A DNA stretch of 64,000 bases, from positions 15,378,001 to 15,442,000 of the forward strand of contig CM075989.1 of the NCBI GenBank assembly GCA_038087875.1. The letters are read 5' to 3'. The position numbers and the translations under genes are program-made. A model generated the notes under the pieces. The model did no database searches. It saw only the letters and a list, made by a program, of their open reading frames with translations, and was not told the DNA's origin. Origin of the DNA: Malacoraja senta (Eukaryota). Each line of letters starts with the position of its first letter. Position 1 is the first letter of the stretch. Of this stretch, positions 26,890 through 39,115 are shown piece after piece.

Positions 26890-27355
26890 ACTGATTCCTG
26901 GGATGTCAGGACTTTCATATGAAGAAAGACTGGATAGACTTGGCTTATACTCGCTAGAATTTAGGAGATTGAGAGGGGATCTTATAGAAACGTACAAAAT
27001 TCTTATGGGGTTGGACAGGCTAGATGCAGGAAGATTGTTCCCGATGTTGGGGAAGTCCAGGACAAGGGGTCACAGCTTAAGGATAAGGGGGAAATCCTTG
27101 AGGAAAAACTTTTTCACACAGAGAGTGGTGAATCTCTGGAACTCTCTGCCACAGAGGGTAGTTGAGGCCAGTTCATTGGCTATATTTAAGAGGGAGTTAG
27201 ATGTGGCCCTTGTGGCTAAGGGGATCAGGGGGTATGGAGAGAAGGCAGGTATGGGATACTGAGTTGGATGATCAGCCATGATCATATTGAATGGCGGTGC
27301 AGGCTCGAAGGGCCGAATGGCCTACTCCTGCACCTATTTTCTATGTATCTATGTA
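26890..27355 (+). mobile_element. CR1 LINE 3' fragment
   Basis: LSYEERLDRLGLYSLEFRRLRGDLIETYK...RTRGH...FFTQRVVNLWNSLP; GAAGGGCCGAATGGCCTACTCC 3' UTR and short repeat tail. Confidence 0.93.
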
Positions 27356-28214
27356 TTATAAATGGACCACCGAATTCACCAACCCAATAAACTGCGTTTG
27401 AAAAATGTGTGTGTCATTATCCCCATTAGCAATCTTTAAGAGGAGAAACGAAGCTCTAAAGATATGGAAAATGTGTCTTTTATGCAAAGAATATCTTTCA
27501 TGATCAGTAACAGTGTTTGGGTCATTACAACACAGGCTTTTCAGGGAGGCTTTTCAACTCACGCATGCACTGATCAGAAATTGAACAAATTAATCCCAAG
27601 GTTTTCACAAATTACTTCCATAAATTGCACAAAATCCGATCCAATTCTCTGTAAAAGTCACTGACTAATTCCGGTCCCGGAATAACAGATCATAATTTCT
27701 CTGAACAAATCTCCTTGTACCTTTTGCCAAAATATTTAAACCCGTGCTCCCATGTAAAGTAAATGTCAGTGCACCAGACCAACTTTGCCCGAGGGTTTGA
27801 TGACAATGTTGGTATTGGTTCAAAGTGAGCAGAGTGCTGCACATTCTGAGGGAAGAATAGGAATGGAGAAGTTACATCAGCCACTGGAAATACCAAAGGG
27901 TACTTCCAGAATTTTCTTTTTTTTAACTTTAGATTTCCAGCATCAGCAATGTTTTTGATAATCCACAAGCTTTGCAGCAGCAACCATGTTTGTTTCCATA
28001 TTTTAAATTGGGTTCTGCCTATAATTTGATTCTTGAATGCAACTTCCCATTTGGATTATTGTAATGCAGATGAGAGAATTATTGCTTATATTTTTGGAAT
28101 ACAACAATATTATTTAAAAACTAATCAGAACAAAATAGAATGAGAACTGCCAAATGTTCAACTAGTCAATTGATTTATTTTATTTATGGGAACATGCTTT
28201 AGGTCATCAAGTTT

Positions 28215-28965
28215 CAGAATCAGAATCAGATTTTATTCGCTAAGTATGTTTTGCAACATATGAGGAATTTCACTGGCCAGGTCAGTCAGACAATTAAAAG
28301 CAACAGACTCAAAAACACATTTTAACATGAACATCCACCACAGTGACTCCTACACATTCCTCACTGTGATGGAAGGCGAAATAAAGTTCAAGTCCTTCCC
28401 TTTTGTTCTTCCTCTGTCGTGGGCCTCGAGCCCTCCGTTGACGGGATGATCTTGACTCCCGTAGCCGGTGGCGTTGGGGCCCTCCGCGTTGAGGCGTTCA
28501 GCTCCCGCATCGGGGGGTTGTCAGCTCCCCGTGCCGGGCGATCGAATCTCGCGTCGGGGCTGGTCGAACCTTCTGCAGTGTTGGAGCTCCCGACTTGCCT
28601 CTCCCGAGACTGCGAGCCCTTGATGGTAAGTCCGCAGGCAAGGGATCCGCTCCGATGTTAAGTCCGTGCCCCGCGGTGGGGCTCACGACAGTCCGAGGTG
28701 GCTTCCAGCTCCAGCGATAGTAGGCCGCAGAGCTCGGGGAATGTGATCCGAAAAATGATCACATCTCCAGGAAGGTAAGAACCTGAAAAAAAGTTTCCCC
28801 CGATCTCCCCCCCCCCCCCACCACATAAAACAAACCGAAGTACATTAAATCAAACTTTTAAGAATAACACAAAAAAAAACAAAAAGATGAGAAAACGAAC
28901 AGACTGCCGGCAGGGCTGCCATCTCCCCTGGCGCCCCTGGTGGTCTATGCGCCCCTGGTGGTCTA
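28215..28965 (-). mobile_element. Non-autonomous LINE-derived retroposon A (central hairpin, (CTGATT)n tail)
   Basis: Shares head and central motifs with 55492-56318; simple-repeat tail at 28215-28230. Confidence 0.7.
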
Positions 28966-29269
28966 CACATAGTTGCATTGGGGGTTGGTTGTTGGAGCAC
29001 AGTTGACAATTAGGTCCAAGAACCTTCATCAAGGTCCAAGTTTCTTTGTGCAAAGGTAACAAATACATCCTTTTATTTTACTTTACTTTCACATTAATAT
29101 CATTCACCATTTATTTTTCATGATCATCTGTTTTTTCACCTCATAGTAAATGCAAGTAGTTTGCTCTTTCCACCAGAAATCTTATCAGAAACTACATGGA
29201 CTTCATTGAATTTTCCTTTCATTAACCATCAATGCAATTTTAACAACCAACCCCCGATGCAACTAAGTG
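28966..29269. mobile_element. MITE with ~28-bp TIRs and CAC..GTG termini
   Basis: CACATAGTTGCATTGGGGGTTGGTTGTT ... AACAACCAACCCCCGATGCAACTAAGTG; no TSD visible. Confidence 0.7.
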
Positions 29270-29636
29270 TCGAAAAGAACTGCAGAGGCTGGTTTATACC
29301 AAAGATAGATAGACACACGGCCACCCCCTCCCTCCACAAGAGCCATGGGATCATCTTAATTAGATTTGTGGCCGATTCCAGTAGAGCAGCATGTATCAAT
29401 GGGGAGGGCAGTATTTCAGACTGATTTCTGGCACAACAGCTCTCTAGTACATTTCCATGCATAATGCTATAATATTCCTTATCAGCACTGATTTCATTAA
29501 TGACTGTTTCTGGGGATGCATCCTGTACATTAAGATACCAATACATTAGGTGTGCAATTTATCATAACTTTTCATCACAATCTGCAACTATCAACCAGAT
29601 AACAGAATGCAACAGCATACCACTGCAGGGCTAATT

Positions 29637-32576
29637 GTAGCGATATTACAAAACCTACCTTCAGCGGCGCTGCAGATCTGCCACGGGCTGTGTGCGCGAC
29701 TTTGGCGCCTTTGAGGGGGGGGGGGGGATTAAAATGCAGGTTTGTATCGCTTGTCAGAGTGGGATTTCCTCGGGCTGCTAGTCGATGAAGAAAAATTTGG
29801 TTTAATTTCCGTTCCCGGTTTTAAAAATAGATAAATAAATGAATAAAGAATAAAAGATAAATCGCTGGACAATTTAATAGTTGGATTAAAGTAAAAAGCG
29901 ACTTCTAACGCTCTCAACGCCTTCAACGTGACGGATCGTAATATCAGGACAAAACAAAGGGTAAGTCGTTTATTTCACACATTATCTTGCTTCTTGGGGT
30001 GGCTTTAGTCTAATTTTACGACGCGAAAATGTTATTTAGTCCCCAAACGATTAGGCCATGTCTTTGCCTGCCGATATGGGGTTAAAATTCACGGCAACGG
30101 CAACGTTCGAATCGATCGCATTTCAGAAACACCCACTTCGCAAGATGATTTAAATCCTCATTTTTTTTGGACAATCATGTCATAAGAGCATTTAAATCAT
30201 CTATATTTTGTGTAATTGTCTATCCACAATCAATATTTTTATACTAAATATTCACAACAGTTTTAGTCACATGTATTGTGCAAAAAATAATAATTTTGAT
30301 TATATTGAGAGTCGATGTTTCTAGATTAATTTATGGGAATTGAACATTAAATTCCTTCATGACAGTGAGATTTAAAAATCATGTTATATTGTGAATTCTT
30401 GTGTGAATGGGATTAGTTTGTTATTTGGATACTTAGGCTATTTTTAAAAATTGAGCCTTTTCTTAAGAAATAGATAGATGTTTAGATCTAGTAATTCAAT
30501 TTAGATGAATTTAATTGATTAGATGATTTTAATTGATTTGATGAAACTGATGAATATGATTTTTTTGTTGGGTATTGACTATTTGTTTTAGCGTTTAACT
30601 TTATCATTTCTACCTTTTTTCTAAAACTGCAAATAATAACTTGTTTCTGTTAATGCTGTTCAGTGTTTTTTTTCCCTTTACATTTTAAACAGGTGTCTCC
30701 GAAGAAGAAATGCAAATTTGTCAACCCAAATGCCCAGCAAAAGAGACTGATTTAGACAGCATTCACAGAGCTTATCCAAATTTGGACTACTCCAAATGTG
30801 ATGATCTACAGGACATTCTTAATGGGAAAGTAGTGGGCAGAAAGGCATGTCATGCGTAGTTTGGAGAGCAAAAACCTGTAGTTTACAATGCCAAAATTGA
30901 AAAGTTGAGGAAAAACAAGGTGTACAGAGTTGATTATTGGTTACAATCTGAGGAGTATGATGATGCTACTGATTATGATATGCCAATGTACCAGCTAGCA
31001 ACTGATCTTCTCCATAAAGACTTGGTCTATTGGTAGAAATTGTAATTTATTTACCTATCTGTTACGGACTTAATAATAATAATAATGAATTTTATTTATG
31101 GGCGCCTTATACCGAGGTCTCAAGGACACCTTACAGAGATTTATGGTTAACATATAATCAGAATAATCAGAATTTTCAAAAAAATAAGTTATAAAGACCA
31201 ATACACAAATCAGGGACAGAATTCCTTCCAAAAACACAAAAAAAGAAAATCAGAAGCACAATTTGAGGAGAGAGCAGCGGCTACGAAACCGCGCCAGCGT
31301 CCACTCTCCCCTCCGACTGCCATCTTGAACACAGACTAACAAATACAATTACAAACAATTACATACAAAAATCATCCCCCCACAGTGATTTCCACTGTGG
31401 GGGAAGGCACAATGTCCAGTCCCCAACCCCAGTTCACCCCAAAAAGTCAGGCCAAATGAAGCCCCCGCTATTGCCTCTACGGAGGCCCGATGATCCTGGC
31501 CGTTCTCGCCGGGTGATGTAGCCCCGGCGTCGGGAGAGTCCTCCAGCAGCTGGGCCACCTGGAACGGCCGCACCCCTCACCGGAGGCCGCAACTACGGCT
31601 GGAACGGCCGATTTCCCGCAGGCGTCCGCAGCACCCGACAGGGCCGCGCCGATTTGGAGCTCAAAGCTCCCGATGTTGGAGTCGGCGCCGCCGCCCGCGG
31701 CTGGCCGCTCCACAGTCCCGCAGCCCGGAGGTGTTGAGCTCGGCGGTCCAGCTCACCGGAGCTCCAGCGCGTCGGTCCAGCGCGGCGACCCAGGCAAGGC
31801 ATCGCCCGCTCCGCTGCACAATAGCGCTCCAGCGCCGTGCCGCCACCGAAGCTGAGGGTGCTGTGCGACCCCCGTCGGGAAACGCCGCTCCACGCCGCTC
31901 CACGCCCGCTGGTAGGCCGCGAGGACGGGTCGACTGGGCAGCCGGAGAGAAGGCTGCCTCACCGATGTGATTTCCCCTTGTTCCCCCCACATCGAAATGC
32001 AAAATGAAGAAAAACAGAGACTTAAATAAAAACTAAAAACTAGAAACAAAAGTACAATTAACGGACGGCTGCTGTTTGGCAGCCGTTCCTCAAGATGGCT
32101 CCTCCCAAGATGGACTTACAGCATATAATACAATAATATTAAAGTTCTGATCTTGGGAATATCACATTTTTGAATTTTTAAGGCAGTCTGGGTGTTTATT
32201 ACGGTCTTCACTTATTACGGTCAATTTTGTAATTAGCTACAATTAGGTAACTAACTAATTATATGCTTTAATTTCAGTTCATCCAAGTAAGATGTTTCAT
32301 ATTTGTTTCAGAATGCTTCAATCTATAATAACTGAAAATTTCATTCAGTTCTCTTAATTTTTAAGAAAGTTATGGGCTTTTGACTGTCCTCGATCACAGC
32401 TTTTGTGTTAAGTCAATGGAAAAGCAATAGGGAACAAGATGCTGATTTCCGAGTATGAAAATGGCCATAACTTTTTTAATACCGAAGATATGAAAGTGAA
32501 TTAGGTATCAAATTAAACTTCTGTTTATGCTTTATCTGATGGGGTAAATTGCAGACTTGATTTTTTAAATTGCTAC
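29637..32576 (+). mobile_element. Non-autonomous DNA transposon copy 2 (GTAG..CTAC termini, 5-bp TSD TAATT), superfamily unresolved
   Basis: TAATT at 29632-29636 and 32577-32581; ~17-bp TIR GTAGCGATATTACAAAA; internal donor at 29961 and terminal exon remnant 30693-31036; interrupted by a retroposon at 31073-32111. Confidence 0.8.
31073..32111 (-). mobile_element. Non-autonomous retroposon C (central hairpin, L2-like (ATT)n tail) with 7-bp TSD
   Basis: GGACTTA duplicated at 31066-31072 and 32112-32118; the empty site GTTACGGACTTACAGC is present in copy 1 of the host element at ~1012-1027. Confidence 0.82.
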
Positions 32577-33033
32577 TAATTGGACCCAAATGAGTAAGTC
32601 AATAATCTATATGTTTCCTTAACTCGGTTGTAAAACAACTAAAGAAGACAACAAACCCAGAACAACAAATATATATTAAAATAATGAATTCAATGTCAAA
32701 TCAGGTAAAAGTAAAATAAAGATTAGACTAAAATAGGAAATCAAAACAAAATAACGAATATTTTTTAAATAGGTCTCAAAGTTGCTGGCATGACTATAAA
32801 AAAATACTTTCAGTGGTAGAGATTGTTTGGCAGTAATTAAGTTATACCACACTATTAAAAAGGCTCTAAAATTATGTAAAGTTACATATGCAAGATGCCA
32901 ATGTGTGCAAATGCAGCACAACTCAGACTAAAACTTGCGCGTTCATATTTGCACTTGCAAGATGTCACTGATCAATTTGTGCAATAAGTGAAGATAGGTT
33001 CACCATTACTTTCACAGTGAAATCTAGGATCTA

Positions 33034-34630
33034 CAGTGCATTCAGAAAGTATTCAGCCCCCTTCACTTTTCCATTTTGTTACGTTTACAGCCTTATTCTA
33101 AAATGGATTAAATTCATTTTTTTAATCATCAATCTACAATACCTCATAATAAAAAAGCAAATACAGGGTTAGAAATTTTTGCAAAGTAATTTAAAAGAAA
33201 TAACTGAAATATCACATTTACACAAGTATTCAGACCCTTTACTCAGTACTTTGTTGAGGCACCTTTGGCAGCGAATATAGCCTCAAGTCTTCTTGGGTAT
33301 GACGCTACAAGCTTGCCACACCTGCATTTGGGTAATTTCTCCCATTCTTCTCTGCAGATCCTCTCAACCTCTGTCAGGTTGAATGGGGAGCGTCGATGCA
33401 CAGCTATTTCCAGGTCCCTTCAGAGATGTTCGATCGGGTTCAGGTCCGGGCTCTGGTGAGCCACTCAAGGACATTCCCAGACTTGTCACGAAGCCACTAA
33501 TGCGTTGTTTTGGCTGTGCACTTAGGGTCATTGTCCTGTTGGAAGGTGAACCTCCGCCCCAGTCTGAGGTCCAGAACGCTCTGGAGGAGGTTTTCATCAA
33601 GGGTCTCTCTTGCTCTTTTCATCTTTCCCTCGTTCCTGGCTAGTCTCCCAGTTCCTGCCGCTGAAAAACATCCCCACAGCATGATACTGCCACCACCATG
33701 CTTCACCGTAGGTATGGTATTGGCCAGGTGATGAGCTGGTTTCCTCCAGACATTACACTTGGCATTCAGGCCAAAGAGTTCAATCTTGGTTTCATCAGAC
33801 CAGAGAATCTTGTTTCTCATGGTCTGAGAGTCCTTTAGGTGCCTTTTGGCAAACTCCAAGCGGACGGTCATGTGCCTTTTACTGAGGAGTGGCTTCCATC
33901 TGGCCACTCTACCATAAAGACCTGATTGGTGGAGTGCTGCAGATATAGTTGTCCTTCTGGAAGGTTCTCCCATCGCCACAGAGGAACTATGGAGCTCTGT
34001 CAGAGTGACCTCAGGCTCTTGGTCACCTCCTTGACCAAGGCCCTCCTCCCCCGATTGCTCAGTTTGGCTGGGCGGCCAGCTCTATGAAGAGTCTTAGTGG
34101 TTCTAAAGTTCTTCCAGTTAAGAATGACGGAGGCCACTTCGGGACCAGCAACGCTGCAGAAATTGTTTTATACCTTTCCCCAGATCTGTGTCACGACACA
34201 ATCCTGTCTCGGAGGTCTACAGGTAATTCCTTCGTCTTCATGGCTTGGTTTTTGCTCTGACATGCACTGTCAACTGTGGGACCCTATATAGACAGGTGGA
34301 TGTGTGCCTTTCCAAATCATGTCCAATCAATTTAATTTACCACTGGTGGACTCCAATCAAGTTTTAGAAACAACTCAAAGATAATCAATGGAAACAGGAT
34401 GAACCTAAGCTCAATTTTGAGTGTCATAGCAAGGAGTCTGAATACTTATGTAAATGTGATATTTCAGTTATTTCTTTTTATTTACTTTGCAAAAAAATTC
34501 CTGTTTTCGCTTCTTCATTCTGGGGTAGATTGATGATTAAAAAATGTATTTTAATCCATTTTAAAATAAGGCTGTAACGTAACAAAATGTGGAAAAAGTG
34601 AAGGGGCCTGAATACTTTTTGAAAGCACTG
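33034..34630 (-). mobile_element. Full-length decayed Tc1-like transposon (second family, long ~200-bp IRs)
   Basis: TA|CAGTGCATTCAGAAAGTATTCAG...GAATACTTTTTGAAAGCACTG|TA; ORF 33497..33979 has [25 protein letters not shown] and FQQDNDPK. Confidence 0.95.
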
Positions 34631-36169
34631 TATACACACCTCATAATGCACTGTTAACTTATGATAATTTGTCTGCAGAGTGAGTGTATGATTTAATTTT
34701 TTTATGAACAATCAAAATCACCTGAATGCATGTGTATTTAGGAGATGCGATGAAAAGTCAATGTTATCCATATTAGTCCTATAACGTATTCTGGCGCCTC
34801 TCTCTGCAACTTCATTCATCTTTCAAATCACTTACAGAATAAAATACAACTATTTTTAAATCAAAAGCACTGTGTAGCAAATAATTATTTTCTTATCCAC
34901 TAGCACTTCAATGCAAGACAACTGGGATAGAATACTTCATGGGGTAAGAACTATTCCATCAACAGCTTGGTAATTGCTGTTCTGGAGATGCAGAGGATAG
35001 TATCCACTCACACCATCAGGTGTTTTTCCAAGGATCAGTTTTATTCTACATGCACGTTTCCTATTGTTAAAATGTAGACGCTGTGAAACAATAATACTGA
35101 TAAAATATTAACACTGAAATACGGTAAGATTAGAAATCTATTCAGCTTTATTTTGATAAATTCATTGGAACATTTCTGGATGTACTGTTCAATTTGTCAT
35201 TCTCTACATTCCAGGTAAGTACATCTGCACATGACATGTTTTGTTGGCACCTTAATGTAGTAACCTTCTTTGAGTGGGAGGGAGGGAAACAAAGGAAAGG
35301 GAACCATGGGAAAACACAAATAGTAAATACTTCAAAGCTAAGATCCTGGATCAGAATATCTGTACTTTTGGAAACTTGATTTCATGATTTTAACATGATT
35401 TAAAAAAGGCATCAAAGATTTCAACAAGCTCTTTATCTGTCCCAGTTATTTCAACTAAAAACAGTCAAACAGTAGGAAAATCAATTTTCATTCATTGCAC
35501 AAATCTTCATCCATAATCATCACAAAGTGAAAGTGCAAGTTCGTATAAGTGTTCATTTTAGGCCTTCACCACAATTTTCAATTTTGATGAGAAACTGGGC
35601 TGCTATTCCATCAAAAAACTTGTTGTTTCAATTAATTTAGAGCTGTTAATTTTTAAAGCTGCAATAAAATCCACGAGAAAAAGCAGCTACCGTTTTAAAG
35701 TTTTGCATAAAAGATCCATCAACAATTCAAACTAAAATATTATATTAATATGCAAAATTTAGCACAGACAACTAACTCTACAACCCACATCTGTAGAACA
35801 TTTAATGTACAAATGACTTAGGGTAATTTACAAAGTAGTAGGAATAGAATGGAGCATCAAATGTGAACAAGAATTTAGAATGAAGGCCGAGCCAAAAATA
35901 TTGCGTCTGAATCTGGCCACTTTTTTTTTTAAACAAAGCCAAGAGCAAAGCCAAGAAGCTTCTTCCAGGAACAGCCATTCCAGGTCAGACAAAGATTCAC
36001 ATGCACCACTTCCAATCTAGTTTTAGAGCAATCTGCAATTAGTGCTTCATATGTAGCCTCCTGTATATAGATCTCACCGATATACCCAAGCCCTGTCCGC
36101 AATGACCATACTGACCTCCAGTTGAATGTCATTTCAATTATTTTTCCAATTCCCTCACCAACTTCTTAA

Positions 36170-36405
36170 GGGCATGTCCCACTTTCACGACCTAATTCAC
36201 AACCTTTTTTACTCGTGGACATTTTTCATCAGGCTAGAAAAACGCCCTGACCTACTTGATGCCACGAGTACCTACGGCTAACACGACGACCTACCTACGA
36301 ACTACCTAGGACCTCCTACGACCTCGTGACGACCATGCTGCGAGTGTGAGTCAAGGGCAAACTCAGCAGAGGTCGTAAATTAGGTCGTAAAAGTGGGACA
36401 GGCCC
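36170..36405. mobile_element. MITE with a related TIR, flanked by TTAA
   Basis: TTAA|GGGCATGTCCCACTTTCACGACCTAATT...AATTAGGTCGTAAAAGTGGGACAGGCCC|TTAA. Confidence 0.8.
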
Positions 36406-36655
36406 TTAAGTCCTCAAATTTCTCCACTGCCAGAGTGCGGCCAAATACAAATTAGAAGAACAGCACCTTATATTCCACCAAGGTGGTCTACAACCTAATG
36501 GTATGAAAACCAAATTTTCCAATTTTAGGTAATCCACACTCCTTGTGCTCTGTTCTCACTCCTGTCTCCCACCCCTCCCCTGTCTCGAAGTTTAGTTCTG
36601 TCCTTTTTTATTCTATCTGCACATCATCTCCCTCTTATCTGGTTCTATTTATTAC

Positions 36656-37690
36656 CAGTGACGTGTGGTGAGGTCAATGGTTGGGGAGGCACTGGCTGGT
36701 ATCAGTGGCCCGGCCCTCCCTGTATTGTCACCGCGTCTCCCCGGGGAGAGGGATGGAGCCGGGGCTGTGTGCGTGAAGCACGGCAACTGGAGGGGCGGGA
36801 GCGTTGCCCCGGGACCATGAGGGAACGACCCACCTCCCCCTCTCCCCCTTCTCCATCACACCCCCCTCCCCCTTGCTTTCCCCTCCACCCCTCTACTCTC
36901 TCTCCATCCCTCTCTCTCCCCCCTCCACCCGGGGTAGATCTACCCGAGCCGAGAGTACATTACTCCAGCGCGGGGCCTCCTTAGGCGCAGGGCCCAATTG
37001 GGAGCTTTCAGCGGCCCAGAGCCTCAGAATTGGCCGCTACAAATCTGCCAGTCAGCGCCGCCCGCGGCTGGAAAGTCAGTGCCGCCAGCGGTGGAATCCA
37101 GTGCTGCGCCGCCGCTGCTGAAGCTAGCTAACGTGGAGGGAGAGTGAGGTAGCGTCAATTACGTGGGCTGAGCCTACGTAATTGACGCTCGCTCTCCCTC
37201 CACTGGGCTCAAGACACACCCCCTCAGTGAGGCAGATGTGATCGCCTGGTGCTTTTTCATTGCAGTTTTATGACGACACCAGCGAGCCTAAATTTTACAT
37301 ATTTATACGTGAAATAAGTTACCTGGACTATGGAAGGCGAGGACATGTAATTAACGGGTTTACAAACATTACATTGGTGACATACAGAGATAGTAACAGG
37401 CACACGCTTATTGCCCGCGGTCCATATAGTTTCTGAGAGGTTGCGCAATCAGAGGGGAGGCTCAGCTCGTCGCTGCCTCACCTCTCATCTCTCCTTGTAT
37501 TTGCAGCGGAGCTGCGCAAATTTGGCGATTTTGACTATAAAAATGATTAGATTCATATAGAAATGACATTTATAACGCAGATAAGTGGAAAAATCTTTAT
37601 ATTTATTTTATTTTATTATTATTTTTCTTTACTTTTTTTTTAACAGCTATTTTTATTGGGTGTATGACAGGTGAGGCTCTGCCTCCCTGT
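36656..37690. mobile_element. Probable non-autonomous hAT-type element (CAGTGACGTG.. end), right end truncated, inserted into Penelope remnants
   Basis: Starts CAGTGACGTGTGGTGAGG; GAGGC motifs at both ends; Penelope-derived sequence on both sides (36420-36655 and 37690-37945). Confidence 0.5.
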
Positions 37691-38756
37691 TTATTACTCT
37701 CCTTCTGCTTCCTCTTCTGTCTCCACTTATCTGCCAGCCTCTGTCTCTATCTACACTCTCCTCCCAATCTACCCGTTTTTAACCCTTCTTCTACCTCTCA
37801 CCCACCAGCCACCATCCCCCAACATTACCCATCAAGACTCTTCAGTCTGAAGAAGGGTCTCGACCCAAAACGTCACCCCATTCCTTCTCTCCAGAGATGC
37901 TGCTTGTCCCACGGAGTTACTCCAGCATTTAGTGTCTATCTCCCCATATCCTCATGGTGATTTAAGGAATGATCTGAACAGAATATTTAGACTTAAAACA
38001 TAAAGTTTCCTATCATGTATTCTACATTTTCGATGACATCATATTCTACTCATCAAATTAGTTTGTAACAATAATTTATTTATTTTTGCTAATACATATG
38101 TTATAGACCTCATTCTGATTATCCCCACACAATTTCTCATATTTATATGTTACCTTGAAATGTCACTGTTTTCTTAAGTAATAAGCATTTGTGCATGTCT
38201 GAAAGGCCTTTTGAAATGTAACTACACTATATTGTCATTGTAAATTTCACATAGTCTCTTGTGCCAAGCATGGATGCAGAGTGCAATTCAAATTGAGTAC
38301 AACTTTATCCATTGCTCCCACATTTGGTTACAATGTAAATTCAATGCAGGGCGCTAATTTGATCAAAAAGTTAGAGTGCGTTCAGTAGTAAGTTGATTGA
38401 TAGGTATCATAGCATTATTCTTGTGGTATAGTTTTTATTCTTTTCTCAACAAAATAGAGGAATGGCAAGGCTCCTCAATCCTATTTAATGCACCTCTGCT
38501 TATGGGCAATGCCGGATGCTATTCACATCCTGGACAACTGCAGATGCACAAAATGATATCAACAGGAAGAGCTTAAAGATTTTAGTCCTTGAAAAGCATC
38601 ACTTACCAGATCCATGTCTGATCGTTAGCAGGATTATATGGTTCAGGAGAAATCAACACACAGCTGAAGTGGCAAAATGTAAAGAAGAAATGAGTGCCCA
38701 CTAGGCAGACATAGAAAACCAGCAGGTGCAGTCTCCCAAGTGTATCACATTTGCTA

Positions 38757-39115
38757 GTAAGTAAGTAAGTACATTTTATTTATATAGCACGTTTAAATCA
38801 ACTCGCGTTGAAACCAAAGTGCTTTACATAGAAAAAAAAAATTAAGTTTCCGTACATCCATAGAAAAATTAAAAAAAAAGAATAATGACACAACACATTA
38901 TAGAATTCAACATGAACGTCCCCCCCACAACAGAATCAAAACTTTCCACTGTGGGGAGAGGCATCAGAAAGTTTCAGTCCTCTTCCTCTGTGATCACCCG
39001 AGGTCGGGGCCTACTTGTGGCCTCCGCAGTCAGTCCGATGTTTTCAGGCCCTCTTGCCGGGAAGATAGAACTCCGGCGTCGGATGGACACTCCTCAGTGG
39101 CTTGGAAATGTCTGC
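38757..39115 (-). mobile_element. 5'-truncated retroposon D (hairpin remnant, L2-like (TTAC)n tail)
   Basis: Tail AAAGCACTTTGG...GTGCTATATAAATAAAATG(TTAC)n; CCCCACA/TGTGGGG stem at 38923-38956. Confidence 0.6.

Noticed and set aside
31370..31410. SECIS element
   Set aside because: The stem has an AAA-containing loop but no 5' AUGA quartet in the required position.
31349..32049. Cluster of overlapping GC-rich ORFs or a CpG island
   Set aside because: All lie inside retroposon C, which has a TSD and an empty site in copy 1; the open frames reflect GC content.
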